A stretch of DNA of 40,131 nt, from contig NC_068999.1 of the NCBI RefSeq assembly GCF_001194135.2, positions 17,108,206 through 17,148,336 of the forward strand, in the 5' to 3' direction. This document shows, one piece after another, positions 21,292 through 32,345 of the stretch. The notes below the pieces were generated by a model. The model ran no database searches. It was not told the DNA's origin and saw nothing but the letters and a program-made list of their open reading frames with translations. The DNA comes from Octopus bimaculoides. Its lineage: Eukaryota. How positions within the stretch are numbered: the stretch's first letter is position 1; the number at the start of each line of letters is the position of its first letter. Position numbers and translations under genes: made by a program.

Positions 21292-21346
21292 ACACGTGTG
21301 ACAGTCATCATCCCTTATCGAATAACAGTTTACGTTCTCTAATTCC
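21292..21346 (+). repeat. 55-bp dispersed repeat, copy 2
   Basis: 48/55 identical to 19762-19816. Confidence 0.85.
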
Positions 21347-21408
21347 ACGTTTCTTATAAATATATTCACACACAGACACTTATATATATATACACATATT
21401 TCCCCTTT

Positions 21409-21462
<54 letters not shown>

Positions 21463-22224
21463 CAAACATACACACATACGCAGGCACACATTTTTATCGC
21501 TCATAGATTGTAGCTGCAGTCAGGTAGGATTTAGGTTCCTAATAAACAACTAAAGTATTAGCGAAAAAAATAGAGAGAAAAAATACACGACGGTGTAAGG
21601 TGCCTTATTACTTGGAATTCACATTGTACAGGAAATGTAATCCGTAAGTGCTTCGTGTTTTAAATCTTAGAAACGGATACATTATGTGTTTCTAGCCACG
21701 ATTTCACGTATTAGTTTTGTCAGGCTGTATAGGTACCTCTTGAAAAATTGTCCAACTGTATGACTGAATATTTATCTAACTATTACCTACAGTTTTGAGT
21801 TTCAATTTTACTCGTGAAAAATTGTTTCTGCAATCCGGAATTTGAGTTTTGGAGTCGCGCGAAAAGCTCCGCCTTAACAAGATTCTCTTAAGATTCTGAC
21901 ATTTCAGACACAAGTGATACGTTACACTGGAATGCATAAGTTTGTGGGTGAAATTTTGTTTATTCTGATGAGTATTTATATATCTACTCGTTGTGGATAC
22001 ATTCACACTGGTAGATAAGTCATTTACCATTTGACGTGCCAGTGTTATGGTAACTACATTGACTAAATAACTTTACATTACGGGTGTTACTGTCAGTTGT
22101 TTTATGAATATGGCAAAGCGTTGCTCAAATTTCACAGGATATTTGCTTACTTCCCCTGCAATGGAAGATAACTTCATTACATGCATGTATTATCCTTATT
22201 ATAACCAAGATTCATATATTAACC

Positions 22225-22304
22225 TTAACTTCCATTGAATAGGAAGATAAAGAAATCGCTGAAAATTGCGATCAAATGCGCGTACGAAGAGGCGATAATT
22301 TCCA
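22225..22304 (+). repeat. About 80-bp local repeat unit, copy A
   Basis: Shares exact tgaaaattgcgatcaaat (22260-22277 and 22875-22892) and 41/51 identity over the following block with 22836-22919. Confidence 0.75.
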
Positions 22305-22328
22305 GAGTAAAGAATTCTCCGAAATTGA

Positions 22329-22330
22329 TG

Positions 22331-22410
<80 letters not shown>
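22329..22410. repeat. (CA)n microsatellite, interrupted
   Basis: Direct reading. Confidence 0.95.
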
Positions 22411-22411
<1 letters not shown>

Positions 22412-22835
22412 TTGTTATACCTGTATTTCACCTGTATTGAACCAGAAAAAAAATTATCAACGACTGTCCCCTTCTCTCCGAGAAATATGCCTGTCATTTT
22501 TCTTACTGGCATGTGAGTTTTAGAGAAATTCTTGATTGTTGAAGTTACTTCCCCTTATGAAACGGAGCTGGTGATAATTACTAGATTATGGTACACCTTC
22601 AAGAGGAGGGAATAATTTCACTAAACGAAGAATAGTTTTTCTATGCTATTTGACATACCGTTATTTGTCAATATAGATATATATATGTGTATATTTGTGC
22701 GCATCTATGTGTGTATATTTATATAAACAAAATCAAAGTAAGAGAAATGTCGAAGCCACAGGTCCGAATAAGGGCAATAAAAAGGAATAATGAAGTATTG
22801 AATACTAAGTATTATAATTTCTGGATTTATAGAAA

Positions 22836-22919
22836 TTATCTTTCATTCAAAGGAGTGGATAAAGCAATATCCTTTGAAAATTGCGATCAAATATTCTTAA
22901 GAAGGGGAGATAATCTCCA
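22836..22919 (+). repeat. About 80-bp local repeat unit, copy C
   Basis: See 22225-22304. Confidence 0.75.
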
Positions 22920-23231
22920 GAATCAATTCTTCTTTGAAGCTGATATGCCATTAATGAAAAGACAGATTAATTCTATTTGATAAAAGAGAACAACTGTGAT
23001 GAAATGCTTCTGACTCCGTAATGCGTTACCATCATGACAATCGCCCTAACTTGACAATAGTAGACAATATACTTTAGATACGTAAAAAAATACCTAATAA
23101 TTTGCATAAGTGATACGAAAAATGAATCAACAGAAACCACAGATTGCCAACTGGCATGCACATTGCAATTACAAACTAATAATGATTTATCAAATAATAT
23201 ACAATTAATTTATCGATTTATGAAATACACC

Positions 23232-23234
<3 letters not shown>

Positions 23235-23282
<48 letters not shown>

Positions 23283-24045
23283 NNNNNNNNNNNNNNNNNN
23301 NNNNNNNNNNNNNNNNNNNNNNNNNNNNNNNNNNNNNNNNNNNNNNNNNNNNNNNNNNNNNNNNNNNNNNNNNNNNNNNNNNNNNNNNNNNNNNNNNNNN
23401 NNNNNNNNNNNNNNNNNNNNNNNNNNNNNNNNNNNNNNNNNNNNNNNNNNNNNNNNNNNNNNNNNNNNNNNNNNNNNNNNNNNNNNNNNNNNNNNNNNNN
23501 NNNNNNNNNNNNNNNNNNNNNNNNNNNNNNNNNNNNNNNNNNNNNNNNNNNNNNNNNNNNNNNNNNNNNNNNNNNNNNNNNNNNNNNNNNNNNNNNNNNN
23601 NNNNNNNNNNNNNNNNNNNNNNNNNNNNNNNNNNNNNNNNNNNNNNNNNNNNNNNNNNNNNNNNNNNNNNNNNNNNNNNNNNNNNNNNNNNNNNNNNNNN
23701 NNNNNNNNNNNNNNNNNNNNNNNNNNNNNNNNNNNNNNNNNNNNNNNNNNNNNNNNNNNNNNNNNNNNNNNNNNNNNNNNNNNNNNNNNNNNNNNNNNNN
23801 NNNNNNNNNNNNNNNNNNNNNNNNNNNNNNNNNNNNNNNNNNNNNNNNNNNNNNNNNNNNNNNNNNNNNNNNNNNNNNNNNNNNNNNNNNNNNNNNNNNN
23901 NNNNNNNNNNNNNNNNNNNNNNNNNNNNNNNNNNNNNNNNNNNNNNNNNNNNNNNNNNNNNNNNNNNNNNNNNNNNNNNNNNNNNNNNNNNNNNNNNNNN
24001 NNNNNNNNNNNNNNNNNNNNNNNNNNNNNNNNNNNNNNNNNNNNN
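23235..24045. other. (TA)n followed by assembly gap 23283-24045
   Basis: Direct reading. Confidence 0.97.
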
Positions 24046-24207
24046 TATAACAACTGGTGTAGGAGCATCTACACCACCGACGGATGTTGTTAGTGATTAA
24101 TAAAATCTCTCGCATCTTTTATCCTCCGTCTCAGCCAAATACACAACGAACACTGAGAAAATGGACGTCGTACACCAGTGTATACCATGCGATTTGTTAT
24201 CTAAAAG

Positions 24208-24230
24208 TAATAATAATAATAATAATAATA

Positions 24231-24262
<32 letters not shown>

Positions 24263-24280
24263 CTTTATTATTATTATTAT
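24208..24280. repeat. (TAA)8 directly joined to (TTA)10: 48-bp perfect spacerless palindrome at 24208-24255
   Basis: Direct reading. The centre lies between 24231 and 24232. Confidence 0.93.
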
Positions 24281-24284
24281 AACA

Positions 24285-24510
24285 GTATATGTATATGTAT
24301 GTGTGTGTTTGCTCCCCCCCACAAATTCGCTTGACAACCGATTCTAGTATGCTTACGTCCCCGTAAGTTAGCTGTTCGGCAAAAATAGGCCGATATAGTA
24401 AGTACTAGACTTACAAAGAATAAGAGATGGAGTCGATCTGATCGACTAAAGGCGGTGCTCCAGCATGGCCACATTCAAATGACTGAAACAAGTAAAAGAG
24501 TAAAGAGAGA
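24285..24510 (+). mobile_element. 3' half of family B SINE
   Basis: cgcttgacaaccg...cgtccccgtaagttagctgttcggcaaaa...gtcgatctgatcgactaaaggcggtgctccagcatggcc...aatgactgaaacaagtaaaagag. Confidence 0.88.
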
Positions 24511-24725
24511 GAGTATGTATATATTTGCATAGACACAAACATACAGACGCACATCTCACACTGATTTTTGTACGTATGTACGTGTGCCTATATATATGCA
24601 TATATAAATATATATATATATACACACATATATACAATACACACACACACACACACACATACATGCATACACACGCACACACACACACACACACAATAAC
24701 ACACACACACACACACATATATATA
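24511..24725. repeat. Compound TA/CA microsatellite
   Basis: Direct reading. Confidence 0.9.
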
Positions 24726-24879
24726 GGGTAGGGGATTAGTCAAATTGATGTAGACACCTCTGAGGAGAAATCAATAAGTTTAAAATATCGATTAAACTTG
24801 ATCATTATTTTTAAAATATACAAAGAAATATCCCAAATTAACTCTGTTTCCATATTTACTATATACGTTACATATATTC

Positions 24880-25062
24880 TTTTTTTCTCTAGGCACAAGG
24901 CACAAAAGTTTTGGGGAGGAGGCCAGTGAATTAGATCGACCCCAGTACGCAACTGCTACTTAATTTATCAAGCTTTAAAAGATGAAAGGCACAGTCGACC
25001 TCAGCTGAATTTGGACACAGACGAAATACCGCCAAGCATTTCGCCCGGGTGCCTTCGTTTCT
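24880..25062 (-). mobile_element. Older family A SINE body with the cttgtgcc-type tail, joined to the younger copy at AGAAACG
   Basis: aggcacaagg...aattagatcgacccagtacgcaactg...gatgaaaggcacagtcgacctc...cagacgaaataccgccaagcatttcgcccgg, then cgtttct at 25056-25062. Confidence 0.8.
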
Positions 25063-25295
25063 TATTTCTTTATTGCCCACAAGGGGCTAAACATAGAGGG
25101 GACAAACAAGGACAGGCAAAGGGATTAAGTCGATTGCACCGTCCCCAGTGCGTAACTGGTACTTAATTTATCGACCCCGAAAGGATGAATGGCGAAGTCG
25201 ACTTTGGCAGAATTTGAACTCAGAACGTAACGGCAGACGAAATACGGCTAAGCATTTCGCCCGGCGTGCTAACGTTTCTGCCAGCTCTTCGCCTT
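25063..25295 (-). mobile_element. Young full-length family A SINE
   Basis: About 90% identical to 16466-16692 and 18444-18666. The minus strand runs AAGGCGAAGAGCTGGCAGAAACGTTAGC...AAAGAAATA. Confidence 0.93.
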
Positions 25296-25544
25296 AATAG
25301 GCACTTAATATTAAATAAAGTGTTAACACATGTTGTTTCCAAATTAGAAGCTCAAATTTTGTGTAACAATTGTAAATGTTGAGTATATAAGGATCTTGGC
25401 TGCTTGTTTATGTAGAATTGGTGAATTGAAGCAGGCGCCCTGACGAAGGTTGAAGTATATTCGAGAATCGATTAAGATTGTTGATCATTTTTTCAATGCA
25501 AAGATTAATTGCCAAATTAGCTCTGTTTATACCCCCACTATAAA

Positions 25545-25642
25545 CCACACATATATAAAAAAAAACATAAACACACACATATACAAATATATACATATAT
25601 ATAAAGAAATACATACACACATATATGAAAGCATATATATAC

Positions 25643-25733
<91 letters not shown>

Positions 25734-25818
25734 TATACATACATATATATATATGCACATATACATACATATATATATATGCACATATACATACATATAT
25801 ATATATATATATGCACAT

Positions 25819-25851
<33 letters not shown>

Positions 25852-25940
25852 CGTATGTATGAATATATGTATAGATGCATATGTGTGACTGTGTATGTGT
25901 GTGTAAGTGTGATTGTGTTTGTGTGGTGCGTGTTTGTATT
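25545..25940. repeat. Compound (TA)n array with a higher-order unit gcacatatacatac(at)n repeated four times (25729, 25755, 25781, 25813), then TG-rich
   Basis: Direct reading. The period is 26, 26 and 32 bp. Confidence 0.9.
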
Positions 25941-26292
25941 TTTAATTGTGTTACGCAAACCTATAGACAATATAACGTGTTTGTACCTAATCCCTTTTTA
26001 ATTGCACAACTTATTTCATATCTCCAATGATCTTCTTAATTCATTAGAGATTCTAGCATATGTATTGTATATGAATAGCTATCTAATAGCGCTGAGACCG
26101 TACTAGTTTATTATACAAATATATACAGACAGACGCATACATAAACACATATTAGAGAATGATATAACGAAATGTTGGTAGTATTAACGTATTCAATGCT
26201 CACGTTTCTAGATTTTATGTAAGATAACCCTTATACAATATATAACGCATTCTTGAGTCAAATGAATATATGTATGAATATAAATGCATCTA

Positions 26293-26572
26293 CGCGAGGG
26301 TGTGTGGTAAGAAGTTTGCTTCTCAACAACATGGTTCAGAGTTTAGTGCCATTGCGTGGCATCTTTGTCAAGTGTCTTTTGCTATAGCCTCGGGCTGACT
26401 AAAGCCTTGTGAGTAGATTTGGTAGACGGAAACTGAAAGAATCCACTTGTGTATGTGTCTGTATGTGCTTGTATATGTGTGTGTGTGTGGGGGGTCTCTT
26501 AAATTAGCTGTTCGGCAGAAGAGATCGATAAAATATGTACCAGGCTTTTAAAAAATAAGTATGGGGTCGATA
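26293..26572 (+). mobile_element. Family B SINE with internal deletion in the 3' module
   Basis: tRNA-like head tgtgtggtaagaagtttgcttctcaacaacatggttcagagtttagtgcc, body, (TG) tract, and ctgttcggcagaagagatcgata...atggggtcga. Confidence 0.85.
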
Positions 26573-26589
26573 TATTAATACATGCATAC

Positions 26590-26842
26590 ATACGTACACA
26601 CACACACACGCACACACGCACACACACACACACACACACACANNNNNNNNNNNNNNNNNNNNNNNNNNNNNNNNNNNNNNNNNNNNNNNNNNNNNNNNNN
26701 NNNNNNNNNNNNNNNNNNNNNNNNNNNNNNNNNNNNNNNNNNNNNNNNNNNNNNNNNNNNNNNNNNNNNNNNNNNNNNNNNNNNNNNNNNNNNNNNNNNN
26801 NNNNNNNNNNNNNNNNNNNNNNNNTATATATATATATATATT
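26590..26842. other. (CA)n, assembly gap 26643-26824, (TA)n
   Basis: Direct reading. Confidence 0.97.
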
Positions 26843-27963
26843 TATGAATAAGTGTGTGTATGTGCATATGCACGTTTGTGTGTATTTTTTCTGATGTTTC
26901 CTGTCTATGAATATATAAAAATAGATACAAATATATCATATGCGCAGGAAGTTACGATCATATATAAACCGACTAGCATATCACCGTGTGTGGGATAAGT
27001 TTCCTTGAAATTGGTTCTGGTTTTACACCGTAAACTATGTGTTATTTACATTAATTCGATACAACTTTGGTGTTTTTGTGCAATTTAACCTAAGATTAAT
27101 ACTGCTGCATATGTATGTACCTAATACATATTCAAATGTGTTTCTTCCTGTGTTGTATGTTTTTTTGCTGCCAAATTTCGGAAATGAAATATTATACTGC
27201 CTAAATGTTTCTGAAATATATTCTGCAGAAATTGAAACAATAGATATTGCAGGAGTGGAAAGATATATAGTAATTTTTTCTTAACAGGGTAACACTAGAA
27301 CAAACTTATGCTGCTGTATAATGCTACCAGTAGTCGTGGATAGTATTTCGTATTTAGGGGGCATATGCTACTGTATTTAGAAACAAGTTCGTTGTATTAT
27401 ATTCAAAGTATATGAAGTAAGACGTTACCCATTTACAGAATGTTATCATTCAATAATATATCTAATGCATCTATGAACCAATGGCTACCAGTGGCAAATA
27501 GGCGGAGAGACGGTTATTTAATATTAGTTCGTTTCTGGCAGCCACAATGTTGAAACTGATTTCCTACAAAATTATTTTAAGGAATTACCGTTTACGTACG
27601 GATCACAATCATTTGAAGGGTTATGGTAGTATTTTGCAAAGAGGTAGATCGCATATGAGCAGATTACTATATATTGTAGTTTCGATTTTCGATAATGTCA
27701 TTTCGTTTTAGTATGTACACTTAAATTGGATTATTGGCCATAGAACTACGCCTGAAGAAATAAGGATTGCGTTTCCATAACGCACTCTTGATACACTTTA
27801 TCTAGATACAGGGTTGTAGGGTGAAGGCCTTACTAGAGTTTCATATATGAACTAAGTTTCCATTTACTTACTAAAGTTCACAGGGAATTAAACTACATAG
27901 AATTGCAAATAATCAATATCTCTGCATGGCATTTATTTATTCAACCATATAGATATAAAGAAA

Positions 27964-28252
27964 AGGCTGTATATTTAAGAAGTTGCCTTTGTAACTAAGT
28001 GGTTTCGAGTTACGTCACACAGTATGGTAACGTTGGGAAGTGTCTTCTACTATAAAATCGGGCCAAGCAGTGTCTTTTGAGTGTAGACGGAAACTGTGTG
28101 GAGGCTTCTCGTATATATGTAGATGTGTATGAGTGCATTTATGCTCTTGTGTATCTCGGTGTTGCTTTACATTTCCATACACTAGCAGCTCGGCAAAAGT
28201 GGTCGAGCGAGATTACAACAGGGCTGCAGTCGAATGAATGAATGAAACAAAT
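27964..28252 (+). mobile_element. Old family B SINE
   Basis: ggctgtatatttaagaagttgcc...aagtgtcttctactata...gtagacggaaactg...tcggcaaaag...gcagtcgaatgaatgaatgaaacaa is colinear with the 26293 and 24285 copies. Confidence 0.7.
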
Positions 28253-28694
28253 CAAAAGACATCAATGAAGAAGAAGCAACAGATGATAGCAGTGAGATCG
28301 TTCACTGTTTCTAGAGTGCTTCAGCGTTTCATTGATGCAGAATAAATAAAAATCATAAAAAGAAATATGAGAAAAGAATACGATAGCGACCTTCAAGCGT
28401 TTTACTGCTGCTCTAAGTTGTCTCCATGCACTTACTCAACCGCAACCATCAATCGCCACCTCGAATCAGTATATATCTATGTAATTATGACAACAACCCT
28501 CCCGTACATAAGCAGACATATCGTCAGAGATCGGAAAAATTTACATGGCAAAGAATTGACTAAACTTACTCAAGTAGGGAGCGGTGTCATGTACAATCTA
28601 CTAAGCTCAAAATTTTCGAGTAACACCAAAGCGATTGTAAAGAGGTGAACTGCAGAAATATACAGTTACCAACAGACGCAACCATTTTTGTTTC

Positions 28695-28717
28695 ATATAT
28701 ACACATACATACATACA

Positions 28718-28803
<86 letters not shown>

Positions 28804-28920
28804 TATGTATGTGTGTGTGTACATATATATATGTATGTATCTGTATATATATATATGTATATATATATATTATATATTTAATTATGTATGCATATGTATA
28901 TATGTGTGTATGACTGTGTA
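28695..28920. repeat. (CATA)n-(TA)n-(TG)n compound microsatellite
   Basis: Direct reading. Confidence 0.93.
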
Positions 28921-29220
28921 CAGGAAGAAAGAGAGGGAGGGAATTGATGTGTAATCATCAAAAACTATACAGTAATTAAGAGCTACCCGTTTCTACTCGT
29001 TTGCATTAAAACCTGAAACGGTTCTTGATTAACATTGATTAACATAATTTATAATACTCCTGTTGATTTCGAATAAGCATCGTTTTGATTTGATTTTATT
29101 CATATTAGTTTAAACGAATTAATTATGTATTTTAACGTAATTACAAAATGAATGATTTTTATTGTTAATAAAACGGCGTTTGGGCTTGATTAAATTATTG
29201 ACTAGTTGGTGGCTTCTCAC

Positions 29221-29263
<43 letters not shown>

Positions 29264-29324
29264 CAAATGATATGTGAGCATATGCATATATACAAACATA
29301 TATGTACATACCTACATCTAGCAA

Positions 29325-30115
29325 GTTCCGTGAGAAAATTCTACACATGAATTTGGCGTGTTAAAAGTGTCTGTTTCATGGGTGCCTTGCTGTGTCAGCT
29401 TCTCAAAAGAGCACCAGGTTGATCATACTACGGGAAAACATGATATCATTTCAGCCACACTCAGCTGGGTTCCTCGAACGTTTCCTAGGCCAGGATGAGT
29501 ATTGTTTCGGTCAGAGATAAAGAGGCAATCCATACAGTAGAAATACCACATCTCACCTGCTCCAAAGAATGCCAAGTTCGTTTCATTTGCAGAGATGCAA
29601 AATGAATTATATCTATTCATTTCAAAAAGGTCATACCATTAATGAGTATTACTATATCATCTAGCTGAAGCTGTTACGAAAGGCTATCAAACAGTAGATA
29701 TAAACATACACACACACACACACACACAGAGAGGAAACCTCACGAAAGGGGCTTCTCTCATCAGGAAAATACACCAGCATAGAAGTCCCTGACCCCAATA
29801 GTTGCTGTGCATGACTGTGTCTTTGAACTAGTCGTTCACTCTCCCTATTCTTCTGATTTGGCCCCATCTGAAAATCATGTGTTCCCTAACATTAAAAAAA
29901 CAAATTGGCTGGTAAAAAGTGATGATCGTGACATATCTACTGTTGATGTTTCTAGACTATCAGGATGAAGGATTCTTCCCTTAAAAGATTCATATAGGGA
30001 CACACTGCTGAAAGAAGTGTGTCGACCTTAAGGGGGACTTTGTTGAAAAATAGACCTCATTCGATCACATTTCATGAGAGTATCTCGGTCAGCTTCAGAA
30101 ATCTCCAAACGAACA
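29325..30115 (+). mobile_element. 5'-truncated, decayed mariner (Tc1/mariner, DD34D) DNA transposon
   Basis: Contains the transposase remnant listed next plus about 60 bp of 3' sequence. No intact TIR pair is visible and the boundaries are approximate. Confidence 0.88.
29330..30053 (+). pseudogene. Mariner transposase pseudogene, most similar in motif style to irritans-type (Himar1-like) enzymes
   Basis: Manual translation across frameshifts gives HEFGVLKVSVSWVP (WVP motif, 29379), QKSTRLIILRENM...GFLERFLGQDE (first catalytic D, 29494), EIKRQSIQ*...SPAPKNAKFV, GHTINE, LLRKAIK, HQENTPA*K (29759), FELVVHSPYSSDLAPSE (YSPDLAPSD motif, 29846-29872) and KKCVDLKGDFVEK* (stop 30051-30053). Multiple stops and frameshifts. 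Confidence 0.92.
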
Positions 30116-30117
30116 TA

Positions 30118-30162
30118 CAGTATACGTACATACAAATACATACATAATATAACATACTATAA

Positions 30163-30211
<49 letters not shown>

Positions 30212-30365
30212 TATATATATATATATATATATACGTATACATAGAAAAAGATATGTGTGTGTGTGTGTGTGTGCGTAAAAGAGTATCTGGGATTGTACTT
30301 ACAGATAAGTACAAATTACCCGACTATTAGTCGTCAACGATCCTCCCAAGAGTATATATTTATAT

Positions 30366-30398
<33 letters not shown>

Positions 30399-30589
30399 CT
30401 ACGCACACACACACATATATATAGGCATAAATACATACATGCATACGTATACATGCACACATATACATATATATATGTACGTGTGTTTGTGTTTGTAAGT
30501 GTGTACATATTGCGCATATTTAAGCATGCACGTGTGCATATATGTATATTTCTCTAAACATATATATCTATATCTATCTGTCTATCTAT

Positions 30590-30634
<45 letters not shown>

Positions 30635-31200
30635 CATTCTTACACATACACACACACACATATATATTATATATATATGTAAGTACACATTCATATATTA
30701 ATATTTTTGTATGTATGTGTTGATGTGAAGAGCCATGATGTACGCAGCATAGAAATAATTTATAGATTGATTAAAACGAGAGCCAGAAAAAAAATAAAAG
30801 TTTAATGCTCTGCCAAATAGACATGAGTATTCTGTTGCAGTAATTATTTGTATAAATAGCAATCCGGAATAATACATAAAATCAAATACCCTCCTTCACC
30901 ACAAAAGCATAAGCACTCGCACGCGCACACTCACAAGCATACATAAATGTAACACGCGCTGAGAGTGCCGAAAACTAAAACACACAATATTACACATACA
31001 TATATACATACACACATATATATACATATACATATATATATGTGTGTGCGTGTTTGATACGCAAACACACACATACACACATGTATATGTATACTTATAA
31101 TTGTATGTGTGTGGGTGTGTGTGTGTGTGTCCATACTTATACATGCACAAACTTACATATATATGATTATACGTATGTACGTATGCATATGTGGATTCTG
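30118..31200. repeat. Cluster of TA/CA/TG/TATC microsatellites with short unique spacers
   Basis: Direct reading. It accounts for the ORFs at 30072, 30499, 30896 and 30931. Confidence 0.85.
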
Positions 31201-31256
31201 CAAAATTAATCTCTATAATTGCACAAAGAAAACAAAACCGAAGCACCGAAAGAATT

Positions 31257-31355
31257 TAATATTATTATTATAGTTGGTGTTATTATTATCATCATTATTA
31301 TTATTATTCTTATTATTATTATTACCAAAATAATAATAATATTAATAATATTAAT
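31257..31355. repeat. Degenerate (TTA)n followed by (TAA)n
   Basis: Direct reading. Confidence 0.85.
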
Positions 31356-31732
31356 ACAAAGACAAAAAGGCTACAAATCATAAGAAAATATTAGAAAAAG
31401 CATAAAAAACTTGAGTAGTAAATAAAGTGTAAAATGAGAGTGTGTAAGTTCTATGAAGTTACTGAGACGATAAAAATGATGTTCTTGGCTTGATATCCGG
31501 TCGATTTCCTTGGATTGGTACATTCCAAAGGAAAACATAAAAAAAAAAAAATGTCTTTAGCATTGTTATTAAGGGTGGTGTTATTCTTGTCAAAAATGAT
31601 TTACAGTCACTCGGAAACAAAACAAAACAATAAAATACAGTAGAAACGAAATATATAAAATATTACATATTAATGTTATTGAAAAAGAGAGAAAAATACA
31701 TCTATCAGAATATTAATATAATAATGCTTTGG

Positions 31733-31782
<50 letters not shown>

Positions 31783-32215
31783 NNNNNNNNNNNNNNNNNN
31801 NNNNNNNNNNNNNNNNNNNNNNNNNNNNNNNNNNNNNNNNNNNNNNNNNNNNNNNNNNNNNNNNNNNNNNNNNNNNNNNNNNNNNNNNNNNNNNNNNNNN
31901 NNNNNNNNNNNNNNNNNNNNNNNNNNNNNNNNNNNNNNNNNNNNNNNNNNNNNNNNNNNNNNNNNNNNNNNNNNNNNNNNNNNNNNNNNNNNNNNNNNNN
32001 NNNNNNNNNNNNNNNNNNNNNNNNNNNNNNNNNNNNNNNNNNNNNNNNNNNNNNNNNNNNNNNNNNNNNNNNNNNNNNNNNNNNNNNNNNNNNNNNNNNN
32101 NNNNNNNNNNNNNNNNNNNNNNNNNNNNNNNNNNNNNNNNNNNNNNNNNNNNNNNNNNNNNNNNNNNNNNNNNNNNNNNNNNNNNNNNNNNNNNNNNNNN
32201 NNNNNNNNNNNNNNN

Positions 32216-32260
<45 letters not shown>

Positions 32261-32345
32261 CATATATACATAGATATAGATATGAATATAAGTAAGTATA
32301 TATGTACCCACACTTACATACACACACACACACACACACATACAC
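31733..32345. other. Assembly gap 31783-32215 flanked by (TA)n, then (CA)n
   Basis: Direct reading. Confidence 0.97.

Noticed and set aside
25435-25490. cctgacgaagg...ttcgaga resembling a hammerhead ribozyme or Penelope-type terminus
   Set aside because: GAAA is replaced by GAGA, stem II is poor, and no stem I/III with an NUH site can be built. Other CTGANGA hits (15063, 21965, 34492, 35220) also lack the core.
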